Below are positions 49,681 to 56,881 of a stretch of 64,000 nucleotides of DNA, one piece after another. A model generated the notes under the pieces. That model did not search any database, was not told the origin of the DNA, and worked only from the letters and a program-made list of their open reading frames with translations. Origin of the DNA: a virus; the IMG/VR virus record IMGVR_UViG_3300030110_005581; one strand, written 5' to 3'. How positions within the stretch are numbered: position 1 is the stretch's first letter; each line of letters opens with the position of its first letter. Made by a program: the position numbers and the translations under genes.

Positions 49681-50457
49681 TTATTTACAATGCACTGTGT
49701 TATAAAATTCGCATGTTCCAAATTTGCCGTGACAGAAAAGACGATTTTTAATGTGCTTTTGGTTGGATATATTATAAAGGGCCTTGTTCAATAATTTAAG
49801 CGCATTTTCAGTTTTTTTATTACCGCTGGTGACACGGAAAAACTCCACATTGTTACTCTTCGCCGTTCTCTTGAGGAGGGCAAAATGAGTTTCTAAAATG
49901 GAAGGATCAAGCTTGTGTTTGATTGCAAAAAAATGTTTATACAGAGTAAGCTGATAGGTGGTCATTTTCTCTGATTTTCTTCTAGTATCCCAACCCCAAG
50001 AACAGGTCTTCCAATCAATAATATGGTGTTTTCCGTCTGGTGTCTTTACAACTAAATCTACAAAACCTTTAAAATTGTACCCATCAAAATCCTCAATTTC
50101 TTCAAAGAGTTTTTCTTCGACAGATACCAGTGTGTAGGTTCCAAAATACTCTTTAAGTGCTGGTAAAACAAAGTCTACAAGCATTATCCCTTGTGAGCGC
50201 ATTTCAGTAACTAATTTTTTATTTAGCTCCAGATTTTCCGGAAGCTCTTTTAGTTCTTTGAGGAATTGCTCTTGAAAATATTCTTTTGCATTTGAGATGT
50301 TGTTTTCAACCAACTGCTCACAAGCCGAATGCATTGCGCTACCAAACGCAGTGTGCTCGTTACCCTTAAAGCCATCGATTTTATCTAGATAAACAAGTTT
50401 GTGCTTCCAAGCACAATCATTCCATAATTTCAATTCCGAAAAAGATATGTGGGACAA
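49681..50457 (-). CDS. PD-(D/E)XK exonuclease, Cas4/RecB-like with a probable Fe-S staple
   Basis: 258 aa with GFVDLV, IIDWKT and YQLTLY. One N-terminal Cys (DCAW) plus three C-terminal Cys (FCHGKFGTCEFYNTVHC). Confidence 0.85.
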   Translation of the reverse strand: MSHISFSELKLWNDCAWKHKLVYLDKIDGFKGNEHTAFGSAMHSACEQLVENNISNAKEYFQEQFLKELKELPENLELNKKLVTEMRSQGIMLVDFVLPALKEYFGTYTLVSVEEKLFEEIEDFDGYNFKGFVDLVVKTPDGKHHIIDWKTCSWGWDTRRKSEKMTTYQLTLYKHFFAIKHKLDPSILETHFALLKRTAKSNNVEFFRVTSGNKKTENALKLLNKALYNISNQKHIKNRLFCHGKFGTCEFYNTVHCK

Positions 50458-50458
50458 C

Positions 50459-50818
50459 TTACACCCCTTTTGTGGATGGTTTATTTTTTTTACCCCTCGA
50501 TCGACGGGCTGAAGTAGTGTTCTGGGGGATGTGTTTTACTGTTTTCTGCTCGATCGGTGGCTTTGTAACAGTTTCTTTTTTGGCAGCCTGCAGTTTTAAG
50601 ATCCACTCTCCACTAGCATCTTCTTTTGTTCGGAAATTGCTAATAGAGTCAGGCCCAACAATACTCTCCACTTTTAAATCAGGATGTTGTTTTTTAAACT
50701 CCGCAAGAACAGAATCTTTTTTGATTATAGCTTTCTGGTCTGGGGCCGGCCTTTTCCCGGACCAACCTAAAGATTTGGTTATTATTACAGTAGTCTTATT
50801 TTTAAATTTAATATTCAT
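50459..50818 (-). CDS. Basic hypothetical protein
   Basis: Start revised to MNIKFK at 50818 (SD AGGGG). Lys-rich. Confidence 0.55.
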   Translation of the reverse strand: MNIKFKNKTTVIITKSLGWSGKRPAPDQKAIIKKDSVLAEFKKQHPDLKVESIVGPDSISNFRTKEDASGEWILKLQAAKKETVTKPPIEQKTVKHIPQNTTSARRSRGKKNKPSTKGV

Positions 50819-51527
50819 TTTTATACCCCTTTTGAGTGTGATTGATTTCAACATTTTCTAATATGTCATTGATTTTCTTATATAGTGTAGGACTTATGTC
50901 TTTTAAATAGAGGCGATCTCTTACAAAATAATTTTCAAATCCGTTTGCAAAATATTCATTAATGCTTGTAATTGCATATGGAGAATAAAAAAGCCCCATA
51001 GCTAAGGTTTGCAGTGTCGGATATCCAACTACGTTATAGAGATAATAATCCATCTTTTTATTATATTCAATATTATTAAACATATCTTTTGATGGTTCGA
51101 ACCCCTCTTGGTCAAGAAGTTGATACAGAGCTTTGCGCTTTGCTAAAAACTCACTTTTAAGCGAATCATCAAAATAAATTTCTTTACCGTAAGTTTCCTC
51201 TACAGCATGCGCCATTTCATGCACAATGTCATCAACCATATCTTCTTCATTTTGTTGGTCATTGGTTACGTACAGCGCACCATCTTTATATTTTGCATTA
51301 AACGGCAGTCCATCAGAATTGAAAGCGCTAAAGTCACCGACATATATCGCATCTACGTTGCGTATAAGCGATTTAGGCACCAATTCTTCAACATCACCCA
51401 GAACGCTCTGCAAATCAAAACCATCGGGAAGTTGGTCCTTTAATAAAACAAGCTTGTCTCCGTATATAAAGCGCTCTTTGCTATTTTGTTGAGCCATGGC
51501 TGAACTTTCGATAATATAATTTTTCAT
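50808..51527 (-). CDS. Zincin metallopeptidase-like protein (anthrax-LF-like motif set)
   Basis: VHEMAH (HExxH) plus downstream SINEYFANGF. Start revised to MKNY at 51527. Confidence 0.6.
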   Translation of the reverse strand: MKNYIIESSAMAQQNSKERFIYGDKLVLLKDQLPDGFDLQSVLGDVEELVPKSLIRNVDAIYVGDFSAFNSDGLPFNAKYKDGALYVTNDQQNEEDMVDDIVHEMAHAVEETYGKEIYFDDSLKSEFLAKRKALYQLLDQEGFEPSKDMFNNIEYNKKMDYYLYNVVGYPTLQTLAMGLFYSPYAITSINEYFANGFENYFVRDRLYLKDISPTLYKKINDILENVEINHTQKGYKNEY

Positions 51528-51528
51528 G

Positions 51529-51792
51529 TTAAATGATACCATCCTTTCTCATCATTTTTTCACCTTCATCGAAATCAAAAACGGCTTGCTGATATCCTCT
51601 AATAAAATTTTCTTCAGCGACAGCTAAAAGAAATTCTGGAAACTCCTCTGCCACCGTCTTGATGATCATTTCAACATTGACCTCATCATTTTCAGGATTA
51701 AGTTTATTTCCTACATAATCAACAAGCCACTCTTTTAGTTCATTTGTTTTTTCTACCGGCTTTAGTAGATCTGGATTTTCATCGATACTCAT
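51529..51792 (-). CDS. Hypothetical protein
   Basis: 87 aa, acidic, tightly packed in the operon. Confidence 0.6.
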   Translation of the reverse strand: MSIDENPDLLKPVEKTNELKEWLVDYVGNKLNPENDEVNVEMIIKTVAEEFPEFLLAVAEENFIRGYQQAVFDFDEGEKMMRKDGII

Positions 51793-51793
51793 T

Positions 51794-52204
51794 TTATTTT
51801 CTCTCCATTAAAAATTTTAAATCTTTTCGGTGCTTCCAAAGCGAAGACAAGTAGAACACAACAACCAAGGCTGGAATTACTACAGACTCATGACTAAAAT
51901 CTAAGAACGCATGAAAAAGAACAATATTAACAACAATTGGCGCCAAAGCAACTAGCGATAGCTTAACCCAGTTATTGGAAATCAGCGCAAGGCCACAAAA
52001 AACTTCTACACTCTTCAACAAGGGAAAGAAGTAAGGCGCAGTGGATAATCCGTATAAGAACTCATGAGCAGACGGAAGCGGAGTCGGGCTCGAAAAGAAA
52101 TTGAAAAAGCCGCTCATTCCATATACGCAAAAAATTAATCCTAAACAGATCTCACTTACATTCTTGCTAATTGCCTCTACAGCATTGTGTATTTTTACTT
52201 TCAT
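51794..52204 (-). CDS. DoxX-family membrane protein
   Basis: 136 aa with four hydrophobic segments and VEVFCGLALI..LAPIVVNIVLFH. SD AAGGAG. Confidence 0.8.
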   Translation of the reverse strand: MKVKIHNAVEAISKNVSEICLGLIFCVYGMSGFFNFFSSPTPLPSAHEFLYGLSTAPYFFPLLKSVEVFCGLALISNNWVKLSLVALAPIVVNIVLFHAFLDFSHESVVIPALVVVFYLSSLWKHRKDLKFLMERK

Positions 52205-52221
52205 AACACAGTCTCCTTTTA

Positions 52222-52250
52222 ATAATACAACATTATATTTTATCTGTCAA
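52222..52250 (-). promoter_or_regulatory. Near-consensus sigma70 promoter heading the DoxX-to-dioxygenase operon
   Basis: TTGACA (52250-52245), 17 nt spacer, TATTAT (52227-52222). Confidence 0.8.
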
Positions 52251-52256
52251 CATATT

Positions 52257-53564
52257 TTAAAGGATTTTTGCTGCTAGGGTCGCGACCTTTGATCGCTCGC
52301 CTTTAACAAGGGTGACGTGACCTGATATATCATGAGATTTAAATTTTTCTACCGCATAGGCTAATCCGTTAGACGTCTCGTCTACATAAACATTGTCAAT
52401 CTGGTCAATATCTCCAGTTAAAACAACTTTTGTATTTTCACCTACGCGAGTAATAATGGTTTTTAATTCGTGAGCAGTTAAATTTTGTGCCTCATCAATA
52501 ATGATGTATGCGTTTGATATTGAACGACCTCGAATGTATGTCAGAGCTTCGATCTCAATAGTTCCCTGAGATATGTACATAGCTAATGTTTCTTTATCGT
52601 TGCCCATCAAATATCTTAAATTGTCCTGAATTGGAGCTAGCCATGGCGTCATTTTTTCCTCCATAGTTCCAGGCAGGTGTCCGATATCTTTTCCGAGAGG
52701 TTGAATTGGTCTAGACACAATAAGGCGCCTATAGGGAGAATTGGCATTATCAACTACCTGTGCGAGGCCAGAAGCAATTGCTAATAGTGTTTTACCGCTC
52801 CCAGCTTTCCCAACAAGAGTTACAACCTTGACGTCCGGATCCATGAGAAGATTTAAACAAAAATTTTGTTCTTTATTTCGAGGCTTTACCCCCCATATGC
52901 CATGCTTATATTCGCCATTTATCCTTCGAAGGGGTTTCGAATAATCATAAAATCTAGCCAAAGCAGTTTTTTTACCGTTGGCACTGGAGACTAATAAGAC
53001 GAAATGGTTTTGATATAGCTTAATATCTTCCTTTTCTAAATAAATGTCTTCTCCTGCGTAAAATTGATCAATAATTTGATCGTCAACCAAATGGGTTTCA
53101 TAGCCACTGTATAGATTTTCTGTGTTTTTGACAACCTGCCCCACCACATAGTCTTCAGTTATTAGACCTAATGCATCGCATTTAACTCTCATGTTGACAT
53201 CTCGTGAAACTACAACAACTTTTCTGCGTGGATTTTTATTTTTTTGATCTAAAGCAGTAGCGATAATTTCATTATCAGCAACAGACATATCTAGTTGGCT
53301 ATTTTCCGGAGAAGACACATACAAGACGCCCTTACCTTTTGCTATTCGCACGCCTGTGTGTAAAGATCCCTTATCTCTTAGCGAATCCAGTTTTCGTATA
53401 AAGTTTCGCGCATTTGCGCCAACGCCATCTTGGCGTTTTTTGTGATTATCCACCTCCTCCAAGACCTTAAATGGAACAACAATATCGTTGTTTTGGTAGG
53501 AAGTTAATGCGCTTGCATCTGTCAAATAAACGCTAGTATCTAAAATATAAGTTTTTTTTGCCAT
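52257..53564 (-). CDS. phoH: PIN-domain PhoH-family ATPase (PhoH2-like)
   Basis: 435 aa. PIN motifs ILDTSV, VLEEVD, ADNEII and SRDVNMR. PhoH motifs GKAGSGKT, RGRSI, IIDEAQN and TGDIDQID. Confidence 0.9.
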   Translation of the reverse strand: MAKKTYILDTSVYLTDASALTSYQNNDIVVPFKVLEEVDNHKKRQDGVGANARNFIRKLDSLRDKGSLHTGVRIAKGKGVLYVSSPENSQLDMSVADNEIIATALDQKNKNPRRKVVVVSRDVNMRVKCDALGLITEDYVVGQVVKNTENLYSGYETHLVDDQIIDQFYAGEDIYLEKEDIKLYQNHFVLLVSSANGKKTALARFYDYSKPLRRINGEYKHGIWGVKPRNKEQNFCLNLLMDPDVKVVTLVGKAGSGKTLLAIASGLAQVVDNANSPYRRLIVSRPIQPLGKDIGHLPGTMEEKMTPWLAPIQDNLRYLMGNDKETLAMYISQGTIEIEALTYIRGRSISNAYIIIDEAQNLTAHELKTIITRVGENTKVVLTGDIDQIDNVYVDETSNGLAYAVEKFKSHDISGHVTLVKGERSKVATLAAKIL

Positions 53565-53595
53565 ATAGCCTCGATGCCATTTTTCGCATACATAA

Positions 53596-53602
53596 TAAAT
53601 AG
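53596..53602 (-). promoter_or_regulatory. Putative late promoter CTATTTA
   Basis: Intergenic, 31 nt upstream of the phoH ATG. Confidence 0.45.
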
Positions 53603-53674
53603 TCCCAACCCAACTAATATCAAAAAGAACTTCTGTTTTACACTCCTCATGAATAGTTATTAAACGGAGGGCAC

Positions 53675-54136
53675 ATGAAAATGAAAAAATTAGTAATGTT
53701 AGTTGTTTTATTTTCTTTAATGTTTCCAGCTATTTCGAGCGCAAGAGTTGTTTATTGTGACCGAGAATGCTTCGAACTAAGAGATCATCACATATTGACA
53801 ATTAAAGGTCTTTTATATGAAGTTGCAGACAGTCAAAGTAATAAAACAAAAAAAACTTTTCTTCCTCACGTAGCCGAAACCATTGTTTGGATGGAAAAAA
53901 AGCACAAAGAAGAAAAAATTTATAAATTAGGAGAGCTTAAGAAGGAAGACAAGGCTAGGCTCATTAACACTTCTGTGTCATTTATTATTGACGTTTTAAA
54001 TGGCAAGACAAAGTTTAACCCTCACCCGGCCCTGTTCCATTGGACGGCTTTAGGTGAAAAGGTAATTGCAGAATATTCAGAAAAAATAGTTGATAAAAAA
54101 GCTATAGTTGAATATAAGCTGGAGCTGAAAAAATGA
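53675..54136 (+). CDS. Exported hypothetical protein
   Basis: 153 aa with a Sec-type signal peptide (MKMKKLVMLVVLFSLMFPAISSA). SD GGAGG. Confidence 0.7.
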   Translation: MKMKKLVMLVVLFSLMFPAISSARVVYCDRECFELRDHHILTIKGLLYEVADSQSNKTKKTFLPHVAETIVWMEKKHKEEKIYKLGELKKEDKARLINTSVSFIIDVLNGKTKFNPHPALFHWTALGEKVIAEYSEKIVDKKAIVEYKLELKK

Positions 54137-54897
54137 ATGTGATAAAAAAATTATTAACCATTTCTATGGCGTTACTTTTTCTATCAACATGTACATCTTT
54201 CAATACTAATATTCCCGTTGGCTACAATTATCAAACAGAAAGAGCTGTTCGTGATCTACCTAGAGACTCATTCATGTTTGTAATGGTAGAAGAATATTAC
54301 GAGCACTGTTTTACACCAAGCACTAGCGATGAAAAGACATGTGTCACATTTAAAGAGACTGGTACTTTTAGTGGATCAGCGTTTGTTGTCCACAATACAC
54401 CAAATGGCAGTCTTGTTGTTACTGCAGATCACATCTGCCAGACATCTAGCCCAAATATGAGGCAAAAAATGACACTCACCACCATCGATGGCAAGGTCTA
54501 TAGTGCAAAAATAATTGAGAGAGACTCTAGAAGACAAAATGATATATGTATGGTGTATTCAAAAAAATTAAAAAAACCTGCTCTTAAATTAGCTTTAAGT
54601 GGGCCTCCGCCTGGTGCGAAGCTTTTTAATATTGCTGCCCCTGCTGGTATTTTTAACGCAGGCATGGTTCCAATAATGGAAGGTAGATATAATGGGCTTT
54701 CTTTCTCAGGAAGTGCAATGTATTCAATTCCTGCCGCTGGTGGATCTTCTGGCTCAATGGTCCTTAATAACAACTTTGAGCTAGTAGGTTTAATCCATTC
54801 GCTTCACGTAAGGTTCCCCACCGTAACGGTTGGCCCACCATATTCAGTTTTAAGTAAATTTGTGAGAGAAGGGATCAAAAAGCATTCTAATCTATAG
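54133..54897 (+). CDS. Trypsin-like (S1) serine protease, probably exported or lipid-anchored
   Basis: 254 aa with catalytic triad motifs TADHIC, NDIC and GGSSGS. N-terminal signal ending LLFLSTC is a possible lipobox. ATGA overlap with the upstream gene. Confidence 0.8.
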   Translation: MNVIKKLLTISMALLFLSTCTSFNTNIPVGYNYQTERAVRDLPRDSFMFVMVEEYYEHCFTPSTSDEKTCVTFKETGTFSGSAFVVHNTPNGSLVVTADHICQTSSPNMRQKMTLTTIDGKVYSAKIIERDSRRQNDICMVYSKKLKKPALKLALSGPPPGAKLFNIAAPAGIFNAGMVPIMEGRYNGLSFSGSAMYSIPAAGGSSGSMVLNNNFELVGLIHSLHVRFPTVTVGPPYSVLSKFVREGIKKHSNL

Positions 54898-55170
54898 CTA
54901 AAGATCTGCGTTAAAAAGATTAGATTTTGCTTTTTGCTTCTTTCGCTTTCTTTTATTGTTCTCGCCCTTCTTAAGAGAAACATTAGACTCTTCTGTGTCT
55001 TTTTTAGGTTCTGGTGGGTTCCAAGCTTTAACTTTAAAGCCACTGCTTAAGCGACGAACTTTAACCATGGCATAGGTTTTAGCTAGCTCTTTTCTTTTTT
55101 CATCAGCTTCAGAAAACGTTTGAAAGCTAGCAACTGTTTTCCAAACTTTGGTGCTCTTCTCGTTTGACAT
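54898..55170 (-). CDS. Basic hypothetical protein
   Basis: 90 aa with SD AAGGA, immediately downstream of the tmRNA. Its stop abuts the protease stop. Confidence 0.55.
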   Translation of the reverse strand: MSNEKSTKVWKTVASFQTFSEADEKRKELAKTYAMVKVRRLSSGFKVKAWNPPEPKKDTEESNVSLKKGENNKRKRKKQKAKSNLFNADL

Positions 55171-55190
55171 TATTAATCCTTTATTGAATG

Positions 55191-55589
55191 TGGTGGAGGC
55201 GTGGGGAGTCGAACCCCAGTCCGAAAAGAATTAACACTACCGTCATTCACAAGATTAGATACTTAACCCCCCAAGTATCGGCCACCTGACGACTGTCAGG
55301 GTTGTCCATTTACCATCTTAAGGTGATGGCTACCAAAAAGTACATAGTAAGCTATTGTACTTAAAGACCTTTTTATTAAAAGGTTCACTCAAAGAGCTAA
55401 CATATTATATCGTATATGCTACCGAATTAACTTTTTTTATAAAGCGTTAACAGCTCCAGACTATGCAGCTAAGGCGTAGTCAAACTCCATATTATCATTG
55501 GCGTTTAAAGATTTGAGTATTTTGGCTGTGCTACTCACACAGTCTTGCACGTTAGTCTCTCAACTCCCCGTCAAAACCAGTCCGCCCCC
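55191..55589 (-). ncRNA. ssrA: tmRNA (one-piece, 399 nt), tag ANDNMEFDYALAA
   Basis: 5' GGGGGCG pairs with 3' CGCCTCC-ACCA including the G3.U alanine identity pair. T-arm CTGGGGTTCGACTCCCCA. Tag frame 55502-55461 GCC AAT GAT AAT ATG GAG TTT GAC TAC GCC TTA GCT GCA TAG. Confidence 0.95.
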
Positions 55590-55610
55590 ATTTCAAAGAT
55601 CTGAATAAGT

Positions 55611-55616
55611 ATTATA
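55611..55616 (-). promoter_or_regulatory. -10 element (TATAAT) for the tmRNA
   Basis: TGTTG-TATAAT 21 nt upstream of the mature 5' end. The same TGTTG-TATWAT context occurs at the doxX promoter. The -35 is weak. Confidence 0.55.
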
Positions 55617-55632
55617 CAACACCGACAATTAA

Positions 55633-55995
55633 TTATTCATCACTTTCTTCAAAGAAGCTCTCTGTATTATATTTTTTCAACAAATGCCTGAAATCATTAG
55701 GTAATAGTCCCAAAAATCTAGCTCCCTCTCTTTTGGACCTAGTGGCTGAAAGAGCTACTTTGAGTACAGCATCTTGAACTATCTCTCTCATTGAATGCCA
55801 TATTGGTATACCAAAGCACTTACCACCAAATGGCTTTGTTGATAGTTCCAGCTTGAGAGCAATTACATCCTCCAGAGACAAAGAATTTAACATTAATTCA
55901 AATTCTTCTGAGGAAAGATTATTTTTTCTCAGCTTCTTAGAAACGCTGTAGTGAGCGTTTTTTCCTGATAGTCGTTTTTTCTTTTTCCAAGACAT
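55633..55995 (-). CDS. Fis-family HTH protein
   Basis: Start revised to MSWKKKK at 55995. C-terminal VQDAVLKVALSATRSKREGARFLGLLPNDFRHLLKKYN matches the Fis/HTH_8 pattern. Confidence 0.65.
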   Translation of the reverse strand: MSWKKKKRLSGKNAHYSVSKKLRKNNLSSEEFELMLNSLSLEDVIALKLELSTKPFGGKCFGIPIWHSMREIVQDAVLKVALSATRSKREGARFLGLLPNDFRHLLKKYNTESFFEESDE

Positions 55996-56080
55996 CTTAA
56001 AATTAATTCTGAAATATGCTACAATATTTATGTAATTAATAATTACCAATTAAAATTAAATTAAATAATTAATATTATTA

Positions 56081-56881
56081 CTATATTTCATATATTATAT
56101 CTTCATTAAGAGCTTCTAACTCTTCTGCATCTTCCTCTGTCTTAGTGTCGGGAGGAGGATAGTCCGGGCTAGGTGGCTCTTTTTTTATACTATCGCCCAT
56201 TTCTCCCTCAAACTTATCAAAGTATAATTTAAGGTTCGTAAGACCCCAGTCTTTAAAGGCTGCAGCGTCTTCTGGTGCGATAAGCCCTTCGTAAGCTGTT
56301 ACGATCTGTTGCTCTACGTTGACTAGTGCTTGCTCAGCAGCTTCGGCGCCTTGTTGTACATAAGGATCGTCAGAATCTAATTTAACAAATCCACTTTCTT
56401 TCTTTTCAGCGTCTTCTTTGGCTGCATCAATATCTTGAGGTCTAGATGGTAGAAACTTTTCAGCATCTGGGGTAGAATTAATAACATCATCTTGTTCAAC
56501 AGTAACATCAAAGTCTACTTCATTTAACTGTACATTGGGGGCGCCTCGATTTGCGTCGATCGGATTGAGAAGTCCTAAGAAATTAGTTAAAAAATGGTAT
56601 CTAAAAGATTCTCTTTCTTTAGTATCAGAGGACAAATTTGTGAATGAATCTTCGATTTGCACAATAATCCTCTTCAAGAGGGCGTCTAGTACATTAATTC
56701 CAGTATTTTTATGAATGACCTTATCCGCAACTGCAGTTTTTCTAGAAACCTCAGTTATGTAGTGGCGAATAACTTTTCTCAATCGATCCTCTTCGGAGGT
56801 TGTTTGTTTTTTTCTGCGTTCTTTTACAATTCGAATGCCTTCACGAATTAATGTTCTTAGTTGTTGTTCTTGTTGGTTCAT
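56081..56881 (-). CDS. Acidic hypothetical protein, probable internal head protein
   Basis: 266 aa with LRTLIRE and LRKVIRHYITE helices and two LNE motifs. Confidence 0.45.
   Translation of the reverse strand: MNQQEQQLRTLIREGIRIVKERRKKQTTSEEDRLRKVIRHYITEVSRKTAVADKVIHKNTGINVLDALLKRIIVQIEDSFTNLSSDTKERESFRYHFLTNFLGLLNPIDANRGAPNVQLNEVDFDVTVEQDDVINSTPDAEKFLPSRPQDIDAAKEDAEKKESGFVKLDSDDPYVQQGAEAAEQALVNVEQQIVTAYEGLIAPEDAAAFKDWGLTNLKLYFDKFEGEMGDSIKKEPPSPDYPPPDTKTEEDAEELEALNEDIIYEI

Noticed and set aside
49681-50457. CRISPR-Cas locus around the Cas4-like gene
   Set aside because: No cas1 or cas2, and no repeat-spacer array noticed anywhere in the window.
54498-55043. Minus-strand ORFs 54498..54773 and 54804..55043
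   Set aside because: They are shadows overlapping the protease and the 90-aa gene, both of which have better SD and motif support.
55191-55240. tRNA gene or prophage att site
   Set aside because: The T-arm and CCA belong to the tmRNA 3' end, which pairs with a 5' end 399 nt away. No anticodon arm, no duplicated 3' fragment and no integrase.
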